DNA from: Spirochaetia bacterium
GTDB taxonomy: Bacteria > Spirochaetota > Spirochaetia > SZUA-6 > Bin103
NCBI GenBank assembly: GCA_965208065.1
Contig: OZ242313.1
Location: 619,396-683,395, forward strand
Direction of reading: 5' to 3'
DNA: 64,000 bases
A program made the translations under genes and the position numbers. The notes under the pieces were generated by a model that was not told the origin of the DNA, searched no databases, and worked only from the letters and a program-made list of their open reading frames with translations. Shown here piece by piece: positions 45,788 to 55,600 of this stretch. Position 1 is the stretch's first letter. Every line of letters starts with the position of its first letter.

Positions 45788-46753
45788 ATGAGCCGCGACG
45801 CAGCGCCTGCCAGCCGGCGCCCGGCGGCGCCGGCCCTCGAAGAGATCCTGGGCCAGCCGTTGCCGGTGCTCGACGACGGCTACGTGCGGGTGGTGGACTA
45901 CATGGGCAGCGACGCCGCCATCGTGCAGGCGGCGCGAGTCTCCTACGGCGCCGGCACCCGGCGGGTCAGCGAGGACCGCACCCTGATCCGCTACCTGATG
46001 CGGCACCGCCACACCACGCCGTTCGAGATGTGCGAGATCAAGCTGCACGTGCGCGTGCCAATGGACTGCTGGCGGCAGTGGATCCGCCATCGCACCGCCA
46101 ATGTCAACGAGTATTCGACCCGCTACTCGGTGGCGATCGACGCCGCCAGCCGCACCGCGCCCGACCAGTGGCGCCTGCAGACGGCCGCCAACCGGCAGGG
46201 CTCGGAGGGGCGTATCGATCCCGAGGCCGGCGCCCGGCTGACCGCGGCCGAGGGAGACCTGCAGGAGCGTGCGCGCGCCGTCTACCAGGAGCGCCTGGAT
46301 GCCGGGGTGGCACGCGAGCAGGCGCGCAAGGATCTGCCGCTGTCCACCTACACCGAGTCGTACTGGAAGATCGACCTGCACAACCTGCTGCATTTCCTGG
46401 GCCTGCGTGCCGACAGCCACGCCCAGGAGGAGATTCGCGCCTACGCCACCCTGATCGGCGAGCAGGTGGTGAGCCGCTGGGTGCCGCTCACCTGGGAGGC
46501 GTACCGCGACTACCGCGCCGGCGGCCTGCTGCTGACCCGCGCCGAACGCGACATCGCCGCCTGCCTGAATGCCGGCCGCCCGCAGGATGCGCTGCGCATC
46601 GCGGAACAAGCCGGCTGGCTGCGCCGGCGCACCGACCCGCCGCCGGGCGCAACGGGCGCCGCACTCCTGCGCCGCAACCGGGAGCGCTCCGAGGCGGAGG
46701 CCAAGCTCGCCGCGCTGGGCCTGACCGCGCCCTGGCTCACCGCCCTGCCCTGA
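45788..46753 (+). CDS. thyX: FAD-dependent thymidylate synthase ThyX.
   Basis: ThyX motif RHRTANVNEYSTRYS (RHRx7-8S) and RHRHTTPFEMCEIKLHVRVP. Confidence 0.85.
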   Translation: MSRDAAPASRRPAAPALEEILGQPLPVLDDGYVRVVDYMGSDAAIVQAARVSYGAGTRRVSEDRTLIRYLMRHRHTTPFEMCEIKLHVRVPMDCWRQWIRHRTANVNEYSTRYSVAIDAASRTAPDQWRLQTAANRQGSEGRIDPEAGARLTAAEGDLQERARAVYQERLDAGVAREQARKDLPLSTYTESYWKIDLHNLLHFLGLRADSHAQEEIRAYATLIGEQVVSRWVPLTWEAYRDYRAGGLLLTRAERDIAACLNAGRPQDALRIAEQAGWLRRRTDPPPGATGAALLRRNRERSEAEAKLAALGLTAPWLTALP

Positions 46754-46857
46754 CGAGCGCTGCAGGCGGCACCGGCGGCAACGGTGAACGGTCGCGGGCC
46801 GCGCCAGCCGCGCCAGCCGCGTAAACGGCGCATGAACGCCGGGAGCGCCGAGTAGAA

Positions 46858-47595
46858 TTGCCGGGTGGCGGGCGGTACGTTCCCTTCGTGGCAGCCGTGG
46901 AAGTTACCGACGTACGCAAGGTCTACCCGCTCGGCAAGACGGAGGTGCACGCCGTAAAGGGCGTGAGCTTTACCGTTGAGGAGGGCGACTTCGTGTCGAT
47001 CGCGGGGCCGTCCGGGTCCGGCAAGACGACAATCCTCAACATGATCGGCTGCATCGACTCCCCCACCACCGGCACCGTGCGGGTGATGGGCACCGACACC
47101 GCCGGCATGGCCGACCGCGCCGTGACCGACCTGCGCCACCAGGTGCTCGGCTTCATCTTCCAGTCGTTCAACCTGGTGCCGGTGCTGAACGTGACCGAGA
47201 ACGTGGAGTTCCCGCTGCTGATCGGCAAGGCGCGGGTGCCGAAGGCGGAGCGGGCCGGCTGGGTGGCGCACCTGATCGATGCCGTGGGGCTGGACGAGCA
47301 TCGCGCGCACCGGCCCGCCGAGCTGTCCGGCGGTCAGCGCCAGCGGGTGGCGATCGCCCGCGCCCTGGCCAACAAGCCGAGCATCGTGCTCGCCGACGAG
47401 CCCACCGCCAACCTCGACTCCGAGACCAGCGAGCAGATCATCGAGCTGATGAAGCGGATGAACGCCGAGTTCGGCACCACCTTCATCTTCTCCACCCACA
47501 AGCCCGCCATCGTCGCGATCGCCGACCACGTCATCCGCCTGCAGGACGGGCTGGTGACGGAGGAATTCAGGACCGCCGCGGAGCCGCCCGCGTGA
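46858..47595 (+). CDS. ABC transporter ATP-binding protein (LolD/MacB/FtsE-like).
   Basis: Walker A GPSGSGKTT, signature LSGGQRQR, Walker B IVLADEPT. Confidence 0.85.
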   Translation: MPGGGRYVPFVAAVEVTDVRKVYPLGKTEVHAVKGVSFTVEEGDFVSIAGPSGSGKTTILNMIGCIDSPTTGTVRVMGTDTAGMADRAVTDLRHQVLGFIFQSFNLVPVLNVTENVEFPLLIGKARVPKAERAGWVAHLIDAVGLDEHRAHRPAELSGGQRQRVAIARALANKPSIVLADEPTANLDSETSEQIIELMKRMNAEFGTTFIFSTHKPAIVAIADHVIRLQDGLVTEEFRTAAEPPA

Positions 47596-49076
47596 GCATT
47601 GTCTGGCGCATCGCGATCCGCAATCTGCAGGAGCATCGCGCCAAGAGCCTGATTGTCGGCATCATCATCCTGATCGGCACCTTCGTGCTGGTGGTGGGAA
47701 ACTCGCTGATGGACTCGGCCGCGGCCGGCATCCGGCGGTCGTTCATTGACAACTTCACCGGCCATCTGGTGCTCGCCGGCGTCACCGACGCGCCGGTGAG
47801 CCTGTTCGGCGTGCGCAGCACCGACTTTCTCAACAACCGCACGCCGCGGCTGGACGGCTACGACCGGCTCCTGCAGGCGGTGGCAGCGCACCCGGATATC
47901 GCCGCCTGGAGCCCGCAGGCCGGCGATGCGGCCACGGTGAACCTGGCCGGCCCGGACGGTACCACCGAGGGAGAGTCGTTCTCGCAGCTGTGGGGGATTG
48001 AGCCGGTCCGCTACCTGGCGGTGTTCCCGGACGCCGCCGAACTGGTCGCGGGGTCGTTCCTGGAGCCGGACCAGGTTGGGCTGCTGCTGTCGGAAGAGAT
48101 CGCCGCCGACCTCGCCGAGTCGGCCGGGCGCGAGGTGCGGCCCGGAGACCGCGTGCTGCTGACCGCCACCACGCAGGCCGGCATCAAGGTGCGCGAGGTG
48201 CCGGTGACCGGCATCTTCCGCTTCCGCAACGCGCTGCCACAGCTCGATTTCGTGTCGCTGGTGGACATTACCACGCTGCGCACGCTCACCGGCATGACCG
48301 TGTCGGCGCCGGCGGAGCAGATCCTGACCGCCGAGCAGGTGGCCGGGCTCGGCACGGTGGACGAGGACGACCTGTTCGGGGGCGGTGGCGCGGGCGGCGG
48401 CGCCGGCAGCCTGGTGCAGGAGGTGGAGTCCGGTACGGCAGCGCCGGCTCCACTCGACCTGGGCGGGCGCGAGGCGACGGTGATCGATTCCGGCGCCTGG
48501 CACTTCCTGCTGTTGAAGCTGCACCGCCCCGGCGCGGCGGGCCGGGTGACGGCGGAGCTGGAGCAGGTCATCGCCAAGGCGGACCTGAACGCCCAGGTGC
48601 TCGGCTGGGTGGCGGCCGCGGCGCCGCTTTCGCAGCTCTCCGACGGCTTCAAGATCGTGTTCAACGTGGTGATCATCGTGATAGCCGTGGCCGCCGTGAT
48701 CGTGATCATGAACACGCTGGTGATCTCGGTGACCGAGCGGATCAGCGAGATCGGCACCATGCGGGCGATCGGCGCGCGCAAGGGGTTCGTGCGGCGCATG
48801 ATCGGCGCCGAGACGGTGACCCTGGCGTTCCTATTCGGGGCCGTCGGCGTCGTGCTCGCCCTGCTGCTGCTGGCGATCCTGGGCGCCACCGGGATCCGCG
48901 CCGGCAACCTGTTCCTGCGCATCCTGTTCGGGGGCGAGGTGCTGCGCCCGGCGGTGTCGGCAGGTTCGGTGGCGTTCTCGTTGCTCATGGTGGCGGCGAT
49001 CGCCGTGCTGTCGAGCCTGTATCCGCTGGCGGTGGCGCTGCGCATATCGCCGCGGCAGGCGATGGGGGTCGACTGA
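47592..49076 (+). CDS. ABC transporter permease, FtsX/MacB/LolC-E family (first of two).
   Basis: N-terminal TM, a large periplasmic domain, and a C-terminal 3-TM FtsX domain (ISEIGTMRAIGA). Confidence 0.75.
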   Translation: MSIVWRIAIRNLQEHRAKSLIVGIIILIGTFVLVVGNSLMDSAAAGIRRSFIDNFTGHLVLAGVTDAPVSLFGVRSTDFLNNRTPRLDGYDRLLQAVAAHPDIAAWSPQAGDAATVNLAGPDGTTEGESFSQLWGIEPVRYLAVFPDAAELVAGSFLEPDQVGLLLSEEIAADLAESAGREVRPGDRVLLTATTQAGIKVREVPVTGIFRFRNALPQLDFVSLVDITTLRTLTGMTVSAPAEQILTAEQVAGLGTVDEDDLFGGGGAGGGAGSLVQEVESGTAAPAPLDLGGREATVIDSGAWHFLLLKLHRPGAAGRVTAELEQVIAKADLNAQVLGWVAAAAPLSQLSDGFKIVFNVVIIVIAVAAVIVIMNTLVISVTERISEIGTMRAIGARKGFVRRMIGAETVTLAFLFGAVGVVLALLLLAILGATGIRAGNLFLRILFGGEVLRPAVSAGSVAFSLLMVAAIAVLSSLYPLAVALRISPRQAMGVD

Positions 49077-50434
49077 TGCTCGGGCAGCTCCGCATCGCCT
49101 TCCGCAACACCGGCCGGCAGAAGAAGCGCACCGTGCTGCTCGCCGGCGCAATTTCCTTCGGGGTCCTGGTGGTAACCGTGCTGAACGGGTTCACCGGCGG
49201 GGTGTCCCGCAACATCGAACGGGCGCTCACCGACCTGATCGGCGGTCACGTGTACATCAGCGGGACCGAGCTCACCGAATCGCGCCTGATCGTCAACGTG
49301 ATCCGCGACTCGGTGGCGGACGGCTCGGCGGGCGGCGGCTCGGCTCTCGCGGATGCAGTCGCCGAGGTCGAAGGGCAGATCGCCGAGCTGAACCGGCGCA
49401 GCCGTACGCTCGGCACCCTGATATTCGGATCCAAGCAGGTCAACCAGATCATTGAGGGCGTGGACTGGGTCGGTGAGCCCGGGTTCTTGCCGAGCCTGTC
49501 GCTGACCGGCGGCGCGCTGCCCGGGCCGGAGGCGCGCAACGCGCTGATCCTGCCGCAGTCGGCGGCCGACCGGCTGCGGGTGGCGGTCGGCGACCAGGTA
49601 CTGGCGCGCGTGGCCACGGTTACCGGCCAGCAGAACGTGGGCGAGTTCGTGCTCGCCGCCACCATCGAGGAGTCCGGGATTACCGCCTTCTCGTCGGCGT
49701 TCGTCCGCCTCGACTACCTCGCGGAGCTGATCGACACCGGCGCCGGCGAGTTCCAGCTCCTGCACCTGTACCTGCACGACCCGCGCCAGGCCGACCGCGT
49801 GGCGGAGGTGCTGCGTGCCCGGCTGCCGACCGCGCCGGAGGAGGAGCGCGTGCAGGAGGACGCCGGCGGCCCGCCCGGGACGCCGGGGGCGTTCGGGGGC
49901 GGCGTGAGCCGCCTGCCCGCCGACGAGGAACCGTGGGACGGCACCCGCTACGAGATCACCACTATCGACGACGTGATGGCGCAGGCCTCCGACCTGTTCC
50001 GGGTACTGGACATCGTCAGCCTGGTGGTGTTCCTGATCCTGCTGACCATCACCATGGTGGGCGTCGTGAACACGTTCCGGATGGTGCTGCTGGAGCGCAT
50101 CCGGGAGATCGGCACCATGCGCGCCGTCGGCATGCAGCGCGGCGCGGTGCGCGCCATCTTCCTGATGGAGGCGGGCTTCATCGGGTTGCTCGGCGCGCTG
50201 TTCGGGCTGGTGCTGGCGGCCGCCGCCATGCTGATCCTGAGCCGGCTGACCCTGGACACCGACACACCGCTGCAGTTCTTTCTGGATGCCGGCCGGCTCA
50301 CCTTTGCGGTGCCGCCGTTGTCGGTGGCCACCAACCTGGCCATCCTGCTGGCCCTGAGTCTGCTCGCGGCCTTCATCCCGGCCCGCCGCGCGGCGCGCGT
50401 ACCCCCGTCCGTCGCGCTGCGCGGTTCGGCATGA
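49076..50434 (+). CDS. ABC transporter permease, FtsX/MacB/LolC-E family (second).
   Basis: Same architecture as the first permease (IREIGTMRAVGM). Confidence 0.75.
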   Translation: MLGQLRIAFRNTGRQKKRTVLLAGAISFGVLVVTVLNGFTGGVSRNIERALTDLIGGHVYISGTELTESRLIVNVIRDSVADGSAGGGSALADAVAEVEGQIAELNRRSRTLGTLIFGSKQVNQIIEGVDWVGEPGFLPSLSLTGGALPGPEARNALILPQSAADRLRVAVGDQVLARVATVTGQQNVGEFVLAATIEESGITAFSSAFVRLDYLAELIDTGAGEFQLLHLYLHDPRQADRVAEVLRARLPTAPEEERVQEDAGGPPGTPGAFGGGVSRLPADEEPWDGTRYEITTIDDVMAQASDLFRVLDIVSLVVFLILLTITMVGVVNTFRMVLLERIREIGTMRAVGMQRGAVRAIFLMEAGFIGLLGALFGLVLAAAAMLILSRLTLDTDTPLQFFLDAGRLTFAVPPLSVATNLAILLALSLLAAFIPARRAARVPPSVALRGSA

Positions 50435-50470
50435 CCGGCGCGGCCAGATGAGCAAGGAGGACGAAAGACC

Positions 50471-51229
50471 ATGATTCGACGCTGCGCAACTGCGCTCTTG
50501 ATGACAGCGGGGCTACTCTCCGCAACCGCCTCGTGGGCCGCCGACATCGATGTGCAGGCGCTGCTCGCGGAGATCGACCGCCAGCGTACTTTCGGCGACC
50601 AGGACTTTACCGCGGTGCTGACGCTGGTTTCGGAGGACCCCGAGGAGGGCGTGGAGCGCACCGTGGCGCAGCAGTTCCGGCGCGACACTGACGACGCGTT
50701 TCTGATCCTGATCCGCGATCCGGCGGTGCAGCGCGGCCAGGGCTACCTGCGGCAGGGCGACAACCTGTGGTTCTACGATCCGGACAGCCGCAAGTTCTCG
50801 CACACCTCGCTGAAGGAGGCGTTTCAGGACACCGACGCGCGCAACTCCGACTTCGGCGACGTCAAGTATGCCGAAGACTACACGGCGCGCACCATCGAGG
50901 AGGGGACGCTCGGCAAGTACGCCGTATACGTGCTCGACCTGCAGGCGACCAGCGACGAGGTGACCTATCCGTTCCTGAAGGCGTGGGTGACGCGGGAGGG
51001 CGGCCTGGTGCTGAAGACCGAGGACTACAGCCTGACCGAGCGGCTGATGCGCACGTCCTACTACCCGCGGTACGCGCGCGTCGGCAGTGCCGTGGTGCCG
51101 ACCGAGATGATCTTCGTCGACGAACTGGTGGAGGGCAAGAAGACCCGCATCAGCATGACCGACCTGTCCGCCGCCGCGATCCCGGACTCGGTGTTTACCA
51201 AGGCATACGTGGAGCGGGCCAACCGATGA
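50471..51229 (+). CDS. LolA-like outer-membrane lipoprotein-sorting / carrier protein family; secreted.
   Basis: Signal peptide MIRRCATALLMTAGLLSATASWA. Size and sequence pattern are consistent with the LolA-fold outer membrane lipoprotein-sorting protein family. Confidence 0.55.
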   Translation: MIRRCATALLMTAGLLSATASWAADIDVQALLAEIDRQRTFGDQDFTAVLTLVSEDPEEGVERTVAQQFRRDTDDAFLILIRDPAVQRGQGYLRQGDNLWFYDPDSRKFSHTSLKEAFQDTDARNSDFGDVKYAEDYTARTIEEGTLGKYAVYVLDLQATSDEVTYPFLKAWVTREGGLVLKTEDYSLTERLMRTSYYPRYARVGSAVVPTEMIFVDELVEGKKTRISMTDLSAAAIPDSVFTKAYVERANR

Positions 51230-52656
51230 CGGCGTGGATCGGCCGGCTGGCGGGGGTGATCCTGCTTGCGCTGATCGTGACCGGAGGCCCGGCGGGCGCG
51301 CAGGCGATCGACACCGACGAGGAGTCGCTGTTCGGCTCGCCCGATGAGGATGACGGCGGCGCGCGGGAGAGTCTCGACACCGCCGACCTGTTCGATGGCG
51401 AGGTGCTGGTCACCGAGCCGGAGGCTGCGGGCGAAGCTGCCGCCGTGCCGGCCGCTGCCGCCCCGCCGCCGGTGGAGATAGGCGGCTCGTACCGCTTCGC
51501 GCTGACCGGGGAAGCGGACTGGGCGTCGCTGGACGACCTGGCCGCAATGCCGCTGGAGCCGGACGCGCACCGCGCCACCGTGGACCTGGGCGCGACCGTG
51601 TTCCTGGACGCCCGCCCGGCGGACGACTTCCGCGTGTTCGGCAAGGTGGACCTGAGCTATCCGTTCAGCACCGATGAGGATGCGCAGCCGGCGCGCGAAT
51701 TCGACGACATCGTTACGGTGAAGGAACTGTTCTCGGACTTCGCGATCGGCGACGCGCTGTTCCTGCGCGGCGGCAAGCACACGATTGCCTGGGGCGTCGG
51801 CTACTTCTTCAGCCCGGCCGACGTGCTCAACCTGACCGCCATCGATCCGGAAGATCCCGACGCCGAGCGCGAAGGACCGGTGTCGCTGCGCGCCAACCTG
51901 CCGATCGACTTCCACAACCTCTACCTGTACGCGATCGCCGACCCGATCGACGACGGCGGCGTGCAACTCGCCGCGGCGCCCAAGGCGGAGGTGGTGCTGG
52001 ACGGCGCCGAGGTGGGCGCCGGCGCCTACTTCCACCCCGAACGGGTGCCGCGCGCCATGCTGACGCTGACCACCAGCCTGCTGGAGTTCGACCTGTTCGC
52101 GGAGCTGGAGGGCAGCCTCGGTTCCGACCGGCGCTTCGTGGAACGGGCCGCCCGTAGTGCCGGCAACCGTTTCGGGCTGCGCACGGTGCGCAACACCGAA
52201 GATCCGTTCGCGGCGGCTACCGGCGGGCTGCGCTACACCTACGCGCCGGAGGCCGGGGACTGGTCGGCCACCGTAGCCGGCCAATACCTGTGGAACGGCG
52301 AAGGCTACGAGGACGCTTCCCTGCTGCGCGACAACCGCGCCGGGGTGGCCGCGCTGCTGGCGGCGGGCGACCTGAGCTTCGCCGACCTGGTGTATTCGGG
52401 GCGCCACTACGCGGCGGCGTCCCTCAACGTGGCGCTCGGCCGCGGCGCGGACTGGTCGGCGGGCGTGTTCTGGCTGTCCAACCTGAACGACGGCTCCGGG
52501 CAGGTTGCGCCCCAGGTCACGTTCCGCCCGCTCGACCAGCTCAGTTTGCGCGCTGCCGCTACCGCCGCCTACGGCGACGACGGCGCCGAGATGACCCCGT
52601 TCGGCCGCCGCGTCGCCATCTCCCTCACCGCCACCCTCGGTTCCGGCCGCTTCTGA
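51226..52656 (+). CDS. Putative outer-membrane beta-barrel protein (secreted, C-terminal aromatic residue).
   Basis: Signal peptide (LLALIVTGGPAGAQA). Alternating amphipathic strands. The C-terminus ends in ...TATLGSGRF (terminal Phe). ATGA overlap with the upstream gene. Confidence 0.45.
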   Translation: MTAWIGRLAGVILLALIVTGGPAGAQAIDTDEESLFGSPDEDDGGARESLDTADLFDGEVLVTEPEAAGEAAAVPAAAAPPPVEIGGSYRFALTGEADWASLDDLAAMPLEPDAHRATVDLGATVFLDARPADDFRVFGKVDLSYPFSTDEDAQPAREFDDIVTVKELFSDFAIGDALFLRGGKHTIAWGVGYFFSPADVLNLTAIDPEDPDAEREGPVSLRANLPIDFHNLYLYAIADPIDDGGVQLAAAPKAEVVLDGAEVGAGAYFHPERVPRAMLTLTTSLLEFDLFAELEGSLGSDRRFVERAARSAGNRFGLRTVRNTEDPFAAATGGLRYTYAPEAGDWSATVAGQYLWNGEGYEDASLLRDNRAGVAALLAAGDLSFADLVYSGRHYAAASLNVALGRGADWSAGVFWLSNLNDGSGQVAPQVTFRPLDQLSLRAAATAAYGDDGAEMTPFGRRVAISLTATLGSGRF

Positions 52657-52676
52657 CCCGACCCGAGCCGGTGCGC

Positions 52677-55600
52677 CTACGGTTCGGGCTCCGCGAGCAG
52701 CTCGCCGGCGTCGATGCGCGCGCGGGTGGCGGCCAGCGCTTTCCACAACTCGCCGGGATCCGGTTCGTAACTGACGCCGGGGCGCAGGAAGTGCAGCGCG
52801 GCCGCCGGCATCTCCCCAACCGCCTGCTGCAGCGCGGCGGCGTACAGGGCGATCTGCCCCAGGTAGGGGGCGGCCGCCTGCTTGATCCGCCCGCGCCGCA
52901 CGTCGTCGGTCTTGAAGTCGACCAGGTGCCAGCTGCCCGCATGCTCGTATGCCAGGTCGATGGTGCCGTGCACCGGGGCGCCGTCCCAGTACCAGCCGAA
53001 CGGCAGCTCGAAGTGGGCGCGCGTATCCGGATGACGCAGCGTCCGGGCCAGGTCGCTGCCGTCGAGGTGGGCCAGCATCTGCTCCACGTCAACCGCGGCG
53101 CGCAGGATTGTCGCCTCGGCCGCGGACGGCTCGACCTGCCGCGCTACCTGAATCGCATCGGGCCGCACGCCCGAGGTGAACCAGATCCGGATCGCTTCGT
53201 GCGCGAGCGTGCCGCGCAGCAGGGCCAGCCCGTCACCGTGTCCGCTCGCCGCCACGTACCTCGGCGGCGGCCGCAATCCGGTAACCGGCGTGCTGGCACG
53301 CAGCGGGATCACCGCCGGACGCTCCACCAGCGGCGCGGCCACCGGCTCCTCGTCGGCCGCCGGCGGGACCGGAACGTCGGTGGGCACGGCGCGGCGCGCG
53401 ATGGCGGCCACATCCACCGGCAGCGCGGGGCGCAGGTCCACGAGCGCCGAGTCGAGTCCCGCCAGGGTGTCGTTGCAGAGCCCGAGCCAGGTTCCGTCGC
53501 CGGCCTGGCCGTCGCCGCTCAGGTAGAGCCGGTCGGCGGCGCGGGTCGCCGCCACGTACAGCAGCCTGCGGTGCTCGGCGTCCTCGTCGTGCTGGTCGCG
53601 CTGCTGGAGGTAGCGGTGCATGCCCGGCTGGCGGCGCGGGTCGGAGGCGGTCGCCCCGGCGCCGGGACTCAGAGTCATGGAGATGCCGTCGGCGGCACGC
53701 CAGCGCACCGGTTCGGTAGAGCGCGGCGGACGCGCGTGCGCCTCCGGCACGAAGACGATCGGAAACTCGAGCCCCTTGGCGCCATGCACGGTCAGCACGC
53801 GCACGGCGTCGGTCTGATCGATCACCGCCAGGCCCTCGCGGTCGACCAACTCGTCGCGGCGCCGGCGCAGGTAACCGACCGCCTCGTCGATTGAACGGCC
53901 GCCGAGGGAGCGTAGGATGGCGACCAGCTTGCGGATGTTGGCGAGCGCCTGCTCGCCGCCGCGCAACGGCGCCCAGGAGGCCTCGAAGCCGGTCAGAACC
54001 AGGGCGCGCTCGACGATCGCGTCAACCGGGTCGATGGCCACCGTGCGGCGCAGATCGGCAAGCACCTCGGCGGCATGCGCACAACGCCGCCGCTCGTCGT
54101 CGGCGACGCTGGCTGGCGGGCGTTGCAGCACCCGCATCCAGTTGTGCTCGGCGGCGTGGCATGCCAGCAGCGTGCGGTCGTCAATCATGAACAGCGGCGA
54201 GCGCAGCGCGCCGACCAGGGCGATGAGGTCGTCCGGTTCGGCCAGCCATGCCAGCAGGTTGGTGAGGTCGCGAATCTCCTGGCGGGTAAAGAAACCGGCC
54301 CCGGCCGGCGTCACGTAGGGCACGTCGTGGCTCTCGAGGGCCTGCTCGAAGACGTGCACGTAGGCCAGCCGCCGCAACAGGACCGCGACGTCGCGGGCGG
54401 TTGCTGGCCGTTCGCGCCGCGATTCCGGATCGCACACCGCCGCGCCGCCGCGCAGCAGGCCGGCAATCTCGGCCGCCACCGCGTCCGCCTCCACGCGGCG
54501 GCACTCCAGGGCGCCGGCAGCGCTGTTCCGACCCTGCTTTTCCAGCGTAATAACGGTGAGGTGCGGCCCTTCGCGGCCGGCGGGTCCGCGTCCTGACATC
54601 CGCTGCATGCGCACGCCGCTGCCGTTGCCGCCACTCGCGAACAGCGGCCGGAACAGGGCGTTGCTCACCGACACCAATTCGTCGTGGGTGCGAAACGACT
54701 GTGTGAGCGCGTGCAGGGCGCCGCCGCTGCGCCGCAACTCGGCCTCGAACTGGGTAAAATGTGCCACGTTGCTGCCGCGAAACCGGTAGATGGACTGCTT
54801 GGCGTCGCCGACCAGGAAACGGTGCGGGCGCGCGGTGCCGCTCCCATCCGGGTCGGTGAGCAGGCGCACCAGGGCAATCTGCGTGTCGTTGACGTCCTGG
54901 AACTCGTCCACCATGACGTGGCGATACCGTGCGCGGCACGCCGCCGCGATTTTCGGGTGCTCGCGCAGCAGCCGGACCGCCTCGATCTCCAGATCGAGGT
55001 AATCGCAGGCGCCCAGGGCCGATTTGCGCAACCGGTACCGGCGGCAGGCGTCCATGAACAGGTCGTGCAACGCGGCGGTGGTACGCAACGCGAGGTCGTC
55101 GTCAGGCCCCCAGCGGGGCGCGTTCTGCAAACTCTTGGCAAGGTCTCGCAGGGCCCGGAGATCATCCTTGACCTGGGCCATGTCCTGCCAGCTCGCCTTT
55201 TTGCCCGGCCTGAGGTTGATCGCGCCGGCAGCGCTGACAATCGTGTCGATCAGGGCCGCGGCGTCCTGGCCTTCCCGCTCGCCCAGGGTGGCAAGCACGA
55301 CCCCGACCTGTTGGGCAAGCTTGTCGTCCGGCGCTGCGCCGGCCAACGCCTCCCGCAGCGCGGCGACCAGCCGCTCAAGCTCGGGCAGGGCCGCGGCGAC
55401 GGCCTCACGCTGTGCGCCGTCCAGGGCGCCCTTCACGTAAGCCGTCCACGCCGCCAGGCGAGCCGCCCGAGCGGCGCGGTCATCCTGGTGGCGGCCGCTG
55501 CCACCGCCGTCCCGCGCACCGGCGAGACTCCCGAATGCCTCGCGTACCTGGTCGCGCTGGTCGATCATGCGCGGTAGCTGCTCGGTCAGCCAGTACACGC

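Noticed and set aside
43871-46609. 912-aa minus-strand ORF
   Set aside because: Antisense to the Rieske-fusion and thyX genes, which have clear motifs.
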